Positions 50,165-59,377 of a DNA stretch of 64,000 bases are shown one piece after another. Position numbers and translations under genes: made by a program. Source of the DNA: an uncultured Pseudomonadota bacterium. Its GTDB lineage: Bacteria > Oederibacteriota > Muellerivitia > Muellerivitales > Muellerivitaceae. Every line of letters begins with the position of its first letter. Positions within the stretch are counted from its first letter, which is position 1. Location of the stretch: contig CAVYRH010000010.1 of the NCBI GenBank assembly GCA_963770835.1, forward strand, positions 32,001 to 96,000, written 5' to 3'. The notes below the pieces were generated by a model. That model saw nothing but the letters and a program-made list of their open reading frames with translations, was not told the origin of the DNA and searched no databases.

Positions 50165-51112
50165 ATGCGGCCGAATTTCATTCCAAGTTGGTTTTTCCTC
50201 CTCGCCCTGGCGGCCTTGGGCGCCCTTCTCCCCGGCTGCGGTAAAAACTCCAGTCCCTCCACCCCGGCGCCTTCCTCGTCCTCCTCCGTGCCCACCTACC
50301 GCTTCGGATATTTTTTCGGTCCCGGCGAAATGACGGCGCCCATGGGCGTCGGCATTTCGGGCAACCTGATTTGGGTGACGAGTGAAAGCTCCAGCAGCCT
50401 CCAAGCCTGGGGTCCGTCCCAGAATTTCATCGAGTCCATCACCTCCTACGGCTCCCCCGTGACCACCATGGCCGCCACCTCCCAAATCGCCGTGGGGCCG
50501 GACGGCTACCTCTACATGATGGACGGGGGCAACAGCCAGGTGGCGGTCTTCTCGCCCGAGGGGGTTTTGCAGGCCAGCTTCGGAAGGGCCCAGATGAGCG
50601 GGGACAACGGCTGCGGCGTGGCGGTCAACGGCGCCTACGCCTACGTGACGGACCAAACCAAAGCCACCGCCTACCGTTACACCATCGCCGGTTCGGGCCC
50701 GTCTAAAACCTTCACGGCCTCGGCCACCTTCGGGAACACGGGGGCGGTCAGCCTCGCCTACCCCTTTGACCTGGCCCTGGACGCGGCGGGCAATGTCATC
50801 GTGGGGGACTTGACGACGCAACGGATGGTGAAATACGACCCCAACGGCGTCTACCAATCGGCCATCACGGTCTCCGCCACCCACCTCAACGGCCCCCTGG
50901 GCGTGGCGGTGGACTCGCAGGGGAACCTCTACGCCGCCATGAACCTGGAACCGGACGTGAAAATGTACGACCCCTCGGGCAACCTGCTGGAAACCATCGG
51001 CAGCGGGGACGTGACGGCCCCCACGGGGCTGGCCTTCGACGCGTCGGGCGACCTCTACGTGACGGACTCGGTCTTCAACTCCCACCAAGTGGTGGTCTTC
51101 ATGAAAAATTGA
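50165..51112 (+). CDS. NHL-repeat lipoprotein (paralogue of 48904-49824)
   Basis: LLPG-C lipobox; shared motifs GPDGY.Y, YTI.G.G..KTFT, P.G.A.D..GNLY. Confidence 0.88.
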   Translation: MRPNFIPSWFFLLALAALGALLPGCGKNSSPSTPAPSSSSSVPTYRFGYFFGPGEMTAPMGVGISGNLIWVTSESSSSLQAWGPSQNFIESITSYGSPVTTMAATSQIAVGPDGYLYMMDGGNSQVAVFSPEGVLQASFGRAQMSGDNGCGVAVNGAYAYVTDQTKATAYRYTIAGSGPSKTFTASATFGNTGAVSLAYPFDLALDAAGNVIVGDLTTQRMVKYDPNGVYQSAITVSATHLNGPLGVAVDSQGNLYAAMNLEPDVKMYDPSGNLLETIGSGDVTAPTGLAFDASGDLYVTDSVFNSHQVVVFMKN

Positions 51113-51151
51113 GGCTTCTCGTAACCCGAAATTCTCAGCCGGCCCCGCCCC

Positions 51152-51316
51152 CAGGAGGCCTGGATTCATCGCCAATTAAAACAGGTGGAAGGCTTGAATT
51201 TGTCCGTCCTGTCCCTGGACGATTTGATCCCCAACAAAACAGCCACTGGACGTCCGAAGGATAAAGTTGATTTGGAATGGCTAAAGGCGCAGCGGAAGAA
51301 AAGTCCTGAAGTGTAA
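51152..51316 (+). pseudogene. Orphan C-terminal fragment of a nucleotidyltransferase-family gene
   Basis: QEAWIHR..VEGLNLSVLSLDDLIPNKTATGRPKDKVDLEWL; no start or N-terminal half. Confidence 0.6.
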
Positions 51317-51504
51317 AAAGCCGCCGAAAAGTAACCCCGATACCGTGATATTGGTATCGACAACCGCCCGTATCAAGGATGCTTCCGACTCACCAACTTG
51401 AGGCCGCAAAAAGCGATAACCTTAAATTAGCCGTCTTGGTGCGGTAAAATGCGGGGTGTTAGGTTTCCTTTGAATGTGGTTAGGCTCAAGGTATGGGGGA
51501 ATGT

Positions 51505-52230
51505 ATGAAAAGAGCGGTTCTTCTATTGGGGATCCTTTTAATGGCCTTTTTGCCCCTGGCCTGTCAAAAGACCTATACCGTAGCCCCCCTTCCCGTTCCA
51601 ACGGCCACACCCGTTCCGCCCACGCTCACGCCGACCCTCACCCGTACCTTCACCGCCTCACCCACCATCACCAATACCCCTACGGTCACTTTCACGCCCA
51701 CGGCGACCGCGACGGCCACTTATTGGTTCGCCTACACGCCCTGTGCCGTGACCTTCACGATGGGCAACACCGCCACCACTCCCCTGGGCTATATGTGGCA
51801 GGATGATATCTGCGGCGTGGAAGGCCAGGCCGCCAATTACGCCAAACTGACGGCCATCGTCGTGGATGAATATTCCGCGGCGGGCTCCGTGATGGGCGCC
51901 TTTTACGGGTGCGATACCACCAACAACGTGCCGACCACCCTGATCACGCAAACGGGCCCCATGCCCGCGGCCTATGGCTGGGTCACGATGGCCGTAACGC
52001 CCCCGGTGGTGGTCAACCCCGGAACCTATTACCTTGTGGCCATCTCCAGCAGCTACTCGGTCATGGCGACCAGCGGCAACGGGTACACGGATTGGCGGTA
52101 TCTGTACACCTATAGCGGGATCGCCGGCACGGGTTTCCCCAACAGCCTCGTGGCCCCCGCCAATAACGCCTACAACAACTCCTACCTGGCCAGCTCGCTG
52201 ATGATCCAGGGCCTTTGGACCTGTCCGTGA
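51505..52230 (+). CDS. Lipoprotein with Thr/Pro stalk and beta-rich C-terminal domain
   Basis: MKR-hydrophobic-PLA-C lipobox; PT repeats; PGTYYL. Confidence 0.75.
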   Translation: MKRAVLLLGILLMAFLPLACQKTYTVAPLPVPTATPVPPTLTPTLTRTFTASPTITNTPTVTFTPTATATATYWFAYTPCAVTFTMGNTATTPLGYMWQDDICGVEGQAANYAKLTAIVVDEYSAAGSVMGAFYGCDTTNNVPTTLITQTGPMPAAYGWVTMAVTPPVVVNPGTYYLVAISSSYSVMATSGNGYTDWRYLYTYSGIAGTGFPNSLVAPANNAYNNSYLASSLMIQGLWTCP

Positions 52231-52261
52231 CCCTGGAAGGATAGGCGCCCGTCGGGGGACA

Positions 52262-52930
52262 TTTGAATCGACTCGATTCAAACCATCCCTGGGCCCAAGG
52301 TGTTTTGCCCCAAAACACCCGCTGTCCCAAGTTGGGGCAGAAATTGGAAGAATAGGGGTTCCAAATGGCCTCTTTGATCAGATCCTGATCAAACTTGATT
52401 GCTGTCATTGCGAGGAGGCGCCCCAATCGGGGCGGTTGCCGACAGGCTTGTGGTAGTTGGCCTGATTTCGGCCAACCATCCTTGGGCTGAAGCCCAAGGA
52501 CAACCTCAGGTTTTAGGGTACCGGGTGTTCCGAGTCGGACCCCCCCAAAAAACCCTTATTTTGAGTGCCCCGCCCCGGGGCACTCAAAATAAGGGTTTTT
52601 TGATAACCAAGGTTCGTTCTGAGGAATCCCCAAAAAATTGGAAGAATAGGGCGATGCCGGGGTTTGAATTAGAGCAAATTGCTCTAATTCAAATAAGAGA
52701 TTTTGGTCAATTTGATCAGCCGCTGATCAAATTGGAAGCAAATGGGATTAGGTGTCCAGAGTCTGGACACCCACTGTCAAGTCTCTAGCCAGTTAATTGG
52801 AAGAATAGGGCTATGCCGGGGTATGGCTGCTTCGCGGCGAAGCAAAACCGCCCCCTGAGGAGCCCGCTTAGGCCCAAGCTGATTACTCAGTAATCACCCA
52901 GGGACCCCCATTTATGTAAATTACATAAAT
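52262..52930. repeat. Array of different short palindromes with a recurring AATTGGAAGAATAGGG motif
   Basis: More than 12 palindromes read directly (listed in findings); motif at 52342, 52636 and 52795. Confidence 0.85.
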
Positions 52931-53157
52931 CAAGCCCCTAGATGGGCTACCCGGGGGTGCTTTGGATGGGGAACTGTTAGGGAGAACTAGGTTTTCTTGG
53001 TGACCTCGTGGTTTTTACTGCCCTTGGCCAAAGGCCAATGGGTGGTGGTTCAATCGCCGTTTTGGCTTTATCCCTGTTAATCCCATTCATCTGTGGCTAA
53101 ATTGACGTTCTTGGCGAACTTGGCGTCTTGGCGGTTCAATGGCAGTGGAGTTTCAAA

Positions 53158-54066
53158 ATGAATGAGAACAAAAACTCAACCTTGCTGGTCACCGGGGCTT
53201 CCGGCCGCTTGGGCCGCCGCGTGGTGGAACTTTTGCTGGAAAGCCAGGCAGGCCCCCTGGTGGCCGCCACCCGCCGCCCGGACCAACTCAAAGACCTGGC
53301 CGCGCGGGGGGCCGAAGTGCGTTTCGCCGACTTTGACGACCCCTCCTCACTGGACAAGGCTTTCGCCGGGGCGGAAAGAATGCTCCTCATCAGCACCAAT
53401 GAAACCGCCCGCCCGGGGCAAAAATTGGTGCAGCACCGAAACGCCATCGCCGCCGCCGAAAAGGCGGGCGTGGCAACCGTGGCCTACACCTCGGAGCCCC
53501 ACCTCAAGCCCGGCAATCCCTATCTTTTGGCCCAAGCCGATACCGGCACCGAGGAGGCCCTGGCCCAAAGCCGGCTGGGGTGGGTGATCCTCCGGCATAA
53601 TTGGTACACGGACCTCCTGGTCCCCAGGCTGGCGAAAGCCGCCGCCGCGGGCAAGTTCCTGACCACCGAAGGCGACAGCGGGGCCGCCTATGTCACGCGG
53701 GAAGACTGCGCCCGGGCCGACGCGGCTCTGCTGGTTTCCCCCGGGCCCCCGAACCGGATCCTGGATATCACCGGGCCCGCGGTCGTCCCCAACGCCCAAC
53801 TGGCCGAAATCGCCGGGCGGGTCACGGGCCGCCCCGTCAAGCAGCTGGTGGTATCGCCCGACACTTACAAGTCGGGCCTAGTAATGGCCGGGATAGCCGA
53901 AACCCTCCAGGAGATCATGACCTCCTCCGATGTGGCCATCGCCCAGGGCTATTTAGCCGTCGTCTCTAATGCGGTTAGGGAGCTTACGGGAAGGGAACCC
54001 CAAAGCGTGGAGGATTTTCTTTTAGCTAACCGGGAGACCCTGCTGGCGAAGGTTTTGAAATCCTAA
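53158..54066 (+). CDS. NmrA-like / YtfG-type NAD(P)H-binding oxidoreductase
   Basis: LVTGASGRLG, ADFDDP.SL..AF.GA...LLIS, QHRNAI.AA, LRHNWY, VTREDCA. Confidence 0.88.
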   Translation: MNENKNSTLLVTGASGRLGRRVVELLLESQAGPLVAATRRPDQLKDLAARGAEVRFADFDDPSSLDKAFAGAERMLLISTNETARPGQKLVQHRNAIAAAEKAGVATVAYTSEPHLKPGNPYLLAQADTGTEEALAQSRLGWVILRHNWYTDLLVPRLAKAAAAGKFLTTEGDSGAAYVTREDCARADAALLVSPGPPNRILDITGPAVVPNAQLAEIAGRVTGRPVKQLVVSPDTYKSGLVMAGIAETLQEIMTSSDVAIAQGYLAVVSNAVRELTGREPQSVEDFLLANRETLLAKVLKS

Positions 54067-54250
54067 ATAATTTATTTGTACGGAATTATACCGTTGGGGG
54101 TCGGCAAGAAAGGTTTTACACAGTCACTTTAATGCCTAGGGGAATGAAAAAATAGGGGGAAGGAAAGGGGTCCCCGCTTCGCCATCCATCGTTAACGCTC
54201 GGCTTCTCCCTGTGCTGAAGCTTCGGGAGACAGGCTGGGGAACAGGCCAC

Positions 54251-54297
54251 TTGACGGCCCCCTCCTTCCCTCTTAATATCTAGTCAGAGTAGTCAGA
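54251..54297 (+). promoter_or_regulatory. Sigma70-type promoter and probable operator for the TA pair
   Basis: TTGACG-17 bp-TAATAT followed by direct repeat TAGTCAGA x2. Confidence 0.6.
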
Positions 54298-54320
54298 AAT
54301 ATTGAAGAAGGAGGTTTCCC

Positions 54321-54569
54321 ATGACTTCGTGGCAGCTTCAAACCGCCAAGGCGCGGTTCAGCGAAATGATCCGGATCGTGAAAACCAAAGGGCCCCAGTC
54401 CATTACCTTGCATGGCCACGAGGAAGCGGTGGTCATCTCGAAAAAAGACTATGAACGGCTGAAAAAATCCAAACCCAACCTGGTGGAATTCTTCCGTAAA
54501 TCCCCTTTTTATGGGACGAACTTTAAGGCCCCAAGAAACAAGTCGGTTTCCCGCAAGGTCGAAATTTGA
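54321..54569 (+). CDS. Phd/YefM-family antitoxin
   Basis: WQLQTAKARFSE......GPQ.IT.HG.E.AVVIS..DYERL; GGAGG RBS. Confidence 0.9.
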   Translation: MTSWQLQTAKARFSEMIRIVKTKGPQSITLHGHEEAVVISKKDYERLKKSKPNLVEFFRKSPFYGTNFKAPRNKSVSRKVEI

Positions 54570-54976
54570 AGTATCTTTTGGATACCAACGTCCTTTCCGA
54601 GCTTTTTAAAAAACACCCGGAACCCAAAGTATCGAAATGGCTGGCGGAAGCGGACCAGGAATCGCTTTTCCTCAGCGTCCTGGTTTTGGGGGAAATCCGG
54701 AAGGGGATCGAGAAGATGGAACCCAATCCCCGCAAAACCCGGCTGGTTCATTTCCTGGAAAAGGACGTTCCGGCACAATTCGAGGAACGGATATTACCCG
54801 TGGATTCCGAAGTGGCGGGGGCTTGGGGCCTTTTGGAGGCCCAGGCCAGCCGGCCCTTACCTACGGTGGACGCCCTCCTGGCCGCGACGGCCCTTGTCCA
54901 CAACCTGACCCTGGTGACGCGCAATACCGGTGACTTTCCTTTTTCCAAAATAAAACTTCTCAATCCTTGGGAATGA
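54566..54976 (+). CDS. vapC: VapC-family PIN toxin
   Basis: YLLDTNVLSE, GEIRKG, VDALLAATA..HNLTLVTRN..DF, NPW; 4-bp overlap with the antitoxin. Confidence 0.92.
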   Translation: MKYLLDTNVLSELFKKHPEPKVSKWLAEADQESLFLSVLVLGEIRKGIEKMEPNPRKTRLVHFLEKDVPAQFEERILPVDSEVAGAWGLLEAQASRPLPTVDALLAATALVHNLTLVTRNTGDFPFSKIKLLNPWE

Positions 54977-55068
54977 ATAAAAACCAGGTCTTAGACGTTA
55001 GCAAGACCTAAAACGGAAACTTGATCCAATCCATTTCGATCTCAATTTGATAGGGAGTGGGCCTAACG

Positions 55069-55248
55069 AGCAGGGTGCTGAAAAAGTCCCGCTTCGCTGG
55101 ACTTTTTCACAAAACATTCGAGGTAACCCCACAATTCAACGGCGCTCATAGGGAAAGTCCCCTATGTACCCGCAAAACCAAGGCCTGCGGAATTTTAGGG
55201 GTAGGCAGGCTGCTTTGTAGCCTTATTTTATTTTTTCAGCAGCCTGCT
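55069..55248. mobile_element. MITE-like non-coding element, ~180 bp
   Basis: 17-bp IRs AGCAGGGTGCTGAAAAA / TTTTTCAGCAGCCTGCT (1 mismatch); carries a hairpin-family motif at 55142-55171. Confidence 0.6.
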
Positions 55249-55380
55249 AGGCATCTTTTTCTCCCCATCTTTCACCCGAACTTTGTATCTATTTCACCCA
55301 AGCCCGGCGATGATAGCCCGCCCCCTGTGCTTTCCCGGATGGAGTTCTTAATTTTAAAATAGGACGAAGGAGTTGAATTT

Positions 55381-55740
55381 ATGGAGAAGCTAAAAAAGTT
55401 GTCAATTGAAGAGAAACATGAACTGAAATTGGAGAAGTGGCTCAAAACCTTGACGGTGGATTCCGAATTTTTCGGTCTGTTGGGCAAAGCCCACACGGAC
55501 TCCTTTTATAAAATATATGCCCGTCGGGAACACTCGTCTAAATTATGGTGGATATTCGAGACCGATAGCAGCATCAGCCACATTGACCCGCTTAAATACC
55601 AAACAAAGCTTTCGAAGGAAAAAAACAAAAACCAGGTTTCCGGGAAGTTAACGAATTTATTGAAGTACAAAATTCATCCGGGCAAAAAAGGCCTGGAAAT
55701 GATATTTTCCAGGGCCAAGCAATTAAGCCCAGTGGCTTAG
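55381..55740 (+). CDS. Hypothetical Lys-rich protein
   Basis: AT-rich 119-aa ORF with AAGGAG RBS. Confidence 0.55.
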   Translation: MEKLKKLSIEEKHELKLEKWLKTLTVDSEFFGLLGKAHTDSFYKIYARREHSSKLWWIFETDSSISHIDPLKYQTKLSKEKNKNQVSGKLTNLLKYKIHPGKKGLEMIFSRAKQLSPVA

Positions 55741-55918
55741 AACCGGTCGACTGTCGGCAGTCCACAGTCGACAGTCCGCAAACGGCAGTTCAGAGCAAAA
55801 GCTAAAACCAGTCGGCAGGTGGCAGCAGTCCAATCCCCATAAAACAATCACCGGCCCTTTTTCCCGCTTCGGATAGTCAAAACCTCGTCATTAGTTTTGA
55901 ATTGAGAGGGAGGCAAAG

Positions 55919-56293
55919 ATGCTGGCATGTCACATAGTGGCTTTTTTGATCACTTTAGCGGTGGGTTATTGGCTTTTAACCCTGGCCGAGAAACAGGGCG
56001 GCCTGACCAAGACCCTGGGAATGGTTTTCGCCTGGATCATCATCGTGGTTTCACTGCTGGGCCCCGTTTGCGTGGTGGCTAACGCTTTTTGCCGCCATTC
56101 CTATGGAGGTGGTTGGCACCACCGGGGAATGGGCGATTGCTGCATGATGGATGGTAAGGGTGGCATGAAGGGCGATGCCTGCCCGATGACGGGTGGTAAA
56201 TGGGACGGGAAGGGCCATGATGGCATGATGATGGGCAAGGATAAGGACAAGGATAAGGCCGCGGGGACGGATGACAAGGACGACAGCAAGTAA
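55919..56293 (+). CDS. Small 2-TM protein with Met/Gly/Cys/His-rich tail
   Basis: GGGAGG RBS; two hydrophobic segments; WHHRGMGDCCMM..ACPM..GMMMG. Confidence 0.7.
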   Translation: MLACHIVAFLITLAVGYWLLTLAEKQGGLTKTLGMVFAWIIIVVSLLGPVCVVANAFCRHSYGGGWHHRGMGDCCMMDGKGGMKGDACPMTGGKWDGKGHDGMMMGKDKDKDKAAGTDDKDDSK

Positions 56294-56320
56294 ATCCTCC
56301 GCGATTTTCAGCTGAACCCC

Positions 56321-56439
56321 AAAGCCCCGCGGAGCCGGTTCCTGTTTGGGCCGTCGTAAACTCCGTCCCTGGAACCGGCACACCCAAAGCTTGCTGCTCG
56401 GCTGGTGGCCTCGCAGCAGGGGACTGCGGGGCTTTTTTT
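56321..56439 (+). terminator. Terminator-like hairpin enclosing a two-hairpin repeat element
   Basis: AAAGCCCCGCGG...CTGCGGGGCTTTTTTT; interior GCCGGTTCC..GGAACCGGC-ACACCCAAA-GCTGC..GCAGC. Confidence 0.6.
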
Positions 56440-56527
56440 ATTTCTCCTAGGTGCCGCCGGGTTTGCCTTTGAGTTCTATGGCGGGGCGCGCGAAAATACC
56501 GCCCAGTAAACTGCGGTGGGGGTGTTA

Positions 56528-56773
56528 GTGAAAAAGAAACCTTTCCTCAAATCCGACTTCAAAGCCGCCGTCCGCGACCCGCTCACAAGCAAAGTTTATA
56601 CCGGCATCGACCATTCGGAGGCCTCGAAAAAGGCCCAAGAGGCGGGAGTGGAGTTTCCGGGAGGCCAATTGGATCCCGCCCATACCGGCTTTCTTCGCAA
56701 GGACGGTACCTTCTATACGAGGGCGCAGACGCAAAAGGAATACGGCTTCAAGACCAGCGCGGACCTGCGTTGA
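56528..56773 (+). CDS. Small hypothetical protein
   Basis: KAAVRDP...VYTG.DH...GFL..DG.FYTR; host-like codon usage. Confidence 0.6.
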   Translation: MKKKPFLKSDFKAAVRDPLTSKVYTGIDHSEASKKAQEAGVEFPGGQLDPAHTGFLRKDGTFYTRAQTQKEYGFKTSADLR

Positions 56774-56937
56774 TGCCTTTATGGGCATCAACACACCCAA
56801 ACCGTGTGCCTCGACCTGAAGTCTTGGCACAGGGTCGTTAAAACCAGTCGGCACCAACAGTTTGTACAACTGTTGGTACTACCAAATCTCGCTGCTCACC
56901 TTGCGGGTTCGCAGCAGGTGGCAGCGCTTCGAGAGGC

Positions 56938-57330
56938 TCAGGGCCAAATTTCAATGCCATCCTTGGTCACCTTGACGGTCGGCGGTTTGAGCTTCGTGAG
57001 GATGTGAATGGCCGAGTGGCCCCCGGTGAGCGCGAGGACGGCGCCGGAAATAATCAGGAGTCCCAGCTTGGTGGTGGGTTCCGGGTCGAGGAAGGCCAGG
57101 ACGACGAAGGTGACGCCCGCGGCCGAGAGGCCCAGCGCCACGCAAACCCCCGCGATTTCCGCCTTGGACAAGCCCGCCTTGCGGCCCATTTGGAACAAGG
57201 ACTGGTGGGAGGGGTCGATGCCCACGTTGGCGTCGTCAATAATCAATGCCGGGGTATGGTCCTTGTAGGCTTTGGCCAAAACGGCCAGCCATCCCGGTTG
57301 GGAAGTGCGAACCACCAGTTGATCGGCCAT
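56938..57330 (-). CDS. Hypothetical membrane protein
   Basis: MADQLVVRTS...LAFLDPEPTTKLGLLI; two hydrophobic segments; AGAAG upstream. Confidence 0.65.
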   Translation of the reverse strand: MADQLVVRTSQPGWLAVLAKAYKDHTPALIIDDANVGIDPSHQSLFQMGRKAGLSKAEIAGVCVALGLSAAGVTFVVLAFLDPEPTTKLGLLIISGAVLALTGGHSAIHILTKLKPPTVKVTKDGIEIWP

Positions 57331-57561
57331 TTGGACGGCTTCTTCCGCGAAAAATCTTATCTCTTTCCATGTGGGGATTCCGCCAAGGCTGTCGTGAAAC
57401 CGGGCAGCACTGCCTTGAAACCAGAAAGTTTCACCGCCCCGAAAGCCCGGGACTAAAATAAAAGCACCTGAAGATTGTACCAAGTTTGCCGTCCCACAAC
57501 GCCCCTCAACGCTCCGCCACCGATCGACACCTCCGGCAAACCCAGGGAAAGGCGGCGCGGC

Positions 57562-57747
57562 ATGGATCCTTGGACCCGAAAAGGCGTGGTCATTGAGCTC
57601 TGGAAGCTGAACCGGCTGGAGGTCAGCCTTTCGCCGGACTATATCGCCCGCGTGGACCCTCCTCTTTATGAAGCCGCCCTTTCTTTTTTTAGGGACTGGG
57701 CTGACGCCCTCAAAATGATCGGGCAGGATTACCCCGGCGAATCCTAA
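57562..57747 (+). CDS. Small hypothetical protein
   Basis: 61-aa ORF with host-like codon usage. Confidence 0.4.
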   Translation: MDPWTRKGVVIELWKLNRLEVSLSPDYIARVDPPLYEAALSFFRDWADALKMIGQDYPGES

Positions 57748-57836
57748 AACCGCTTTGGCGCATTTCCCCCGGCCGGGGGGCGAACTTCCCCCGATGCCGC
57801 CTGTGCTATGATGCGTTCCTCATCCAGGGGGGTGTT

Positions 57837-58160
57837 ATGGAATCGGAAAACAAGAAGCTCTACGAGTCGGCCATCCAGGTCAAAAGCGGCGAATACCGGT
57901 TTACGGTCAAGGATTCCCCAAGGTCGGGGCGCTATCTGTTGATCGAGGACATCCGGATCAAGAAAGGGAAAACCCGGACGGAAAGAGTCGTCCTTTATCC
58001 TGAATTGATGGAGGGATTCGACGCGGAATACCAAAAAGCCAAGGCGGCGTTAAGTCAGTCGACGGTCGACAGTCCCCAGCCGGCAGTTGAGCCAACACAT
58101 GAAAGGCAGTCCACCGCCGACAGTCCTCAGCCGTCCGTTAAGCCGCCCGATAACAATTAA
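57837..58160 (+). CDS. PUR/DUF3276-like nucleic-acid-binding protein with repeat-derived tail
   Basis: LYE..I......YRF.VK.S..G.YL.IE......RVVLYPE....F; tail encoded by CAGTCNN heptamers. Confidence 0.65.
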   Translation: MESENKKLYESAIQVKSGEYRFTVKDSPRSGRYLLIEDIRIKKGKTRTERVVLYPELMEGFDAEYQKAKAALSQSTVDSPQPAVEPTHERQSTADSPQPSVKPPDNN

Positions 58161-58200
58161 AACTGAAGGGGAGAGATTCTTCTTATAGACTATCCCCACC

Positions 58201-58632
58201 ATGAAACGGATCACCTGCGATTTCAGCCTGCTGGATTTCGATGAAGGCACCCTCCTGACTTCCTATAATTTCACCCCCGCCCTGCTTTCGATCCGGGTCA
58301 AGTTCTACGGCACCAGGACAGGGCAAGGCAAAGCCGTACAATTCATCCCCATCCCCGAGGCCTCCCTTTTTTTCCGGGACGTGACTTTCTGCCAAAGGGT
58401 TGTCCGGGCATTGGATAAGAAAACGGGCATATTCGAGGAGCCAGCCACGGAAAAGGAAAGCCTTCCCGAAAAACAAGGGGACACCAACACGGAATTCGTT
58501 TTAAAGGGGAATTCGGCCCAGCCTTCCGGCCATGTCCAATGGAGAATCCGGGCCCAAGACTTTGAAATGGAATTGGGCGACGACATCCTCGGCCGATTAT
58601 CCGAGGCCGGCTTTGTTTTTCACTTTTGTTGA
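58201..58632 (+). CDS. Hypothetical protein
   Basis: 143-aa ORF, no recognised motif. Confidence 0.5.
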   Translation: MKRITCDFSLLDFDEGTLLTSYNFTPALLSIRVKFYGTRTGQGKAVQFIPIPEASLFFRDVTFCQRVVRALDKKTGIFEEPATEKESLPEKQGDTNTEFVLKGNSAQPSGHVQWRIRAQDFEMELGDDILGRLSEAGFVFHFC

Positions 58633-58829
58633 TCCAGGATGAGCCCATTGGGCCGGAAAAAGACGGACTTGTGGGCCCTTTTTGGGGGGACCGGCCCATA
58701 ACTCTCAAGCTTTAGGGGAAATGGGCGTTATAATAGTGGTAGGAAGTTTAAGGAACACTTGTGGGGAGGCGGCAAGCAATCCCCGCTTAAAAACCCCGGC
58801 AGCGCCACTTCATTCCAGAGGAGAAAGAA

Positions 58830-59198
58830 ATGATCAATCCCGTCAACTCCAACAACCCCGGCAGCAACTTGAACCCGAACTCCGCACTCCCCCTCAACAA
58901 TGGGACCAACCCGGCGAAAGTGAACAATGCGGCTTTTGAAGCCTCCATTACCCAGGCCCAGGGTCAAAGCAATGCCCCCACCAATGGGAAGATCGTTCAG
59001 GCCGAAGAGGCGGGGAACGGGGCGGGGGTCCACGGCCATCACCACCACGGCGGCGGAAACCAGCAGTATCTAAACGGCATCGCCAACCTCGGGCAGCTCA
59101 ACCCGCCCGGGTCCAACACCACCACGAACAGCAATACCGACACCGCCGCCACCCTCGACATCAATAACGAGGAAAACTACCTGGACACCCTGGCCTAA
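58830..59198 (+). CDS. Asn/Gly/His-rich low-complexity protein
   Basis: GAGGAG RBS; poly-His patch; followed by a terminator. Confidence 0.6.
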   Translation: MINPVNSNNPGSNLNPNSALPLNNGTNPAKVNNAAFEASITQAQGQSNAPTNGKIVQAEEAGNGAGVHGHHHHGGGNQQYLNGIANLGQLNPPGSNTTTNSNTDTAATLDINNEENYLDTLA

Positions 59199-59253
59199 GC
59201 GGGGAAGTCCCGGATTTTTAATTTCGAAGAACCTATCCAAGCGGTTTCCTAAA

Positions 59254-59285
59254 AAAGGCCCGGGTGAACTCCAGGCCTTTTTTTA
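59254..59285 (+). terminator. Intrinsic terminator
   Basis: AAAGGCCCGGG-TGAA-CTCCAGGCCTTT plus T run. Confidence 0.6.
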
Positions 59286-59377
59286 TTGCTGGTTTTGAGC
59301 GAACCGGCCCCGTGCCCTTCGCCGGCCCATTCCAAGGGGCTTGGTTTTTACGCTTCCCATTGGGTATGCTCCAGGAA

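Noticed and set aside
49873..50244. ORF with a 22-aa tandem repeat
   Set aside because: It is the translation of the 66-bp non-coding duplication and overlaps the next real gene.
52399..52788. 129-aa ORF across the palindrome array
   Set aside because: TTG start without RBS, no recognisable motif, and composed of repeat units; probably incidental, though not excluded.
52262..52930. CRISPR array interpretation of the palindrome array
   Set aside because: The recurring motif occurs only three times with unequal spacing (294 and 159 bp), the palindromes are the variable part, and no cas genes are in the window.
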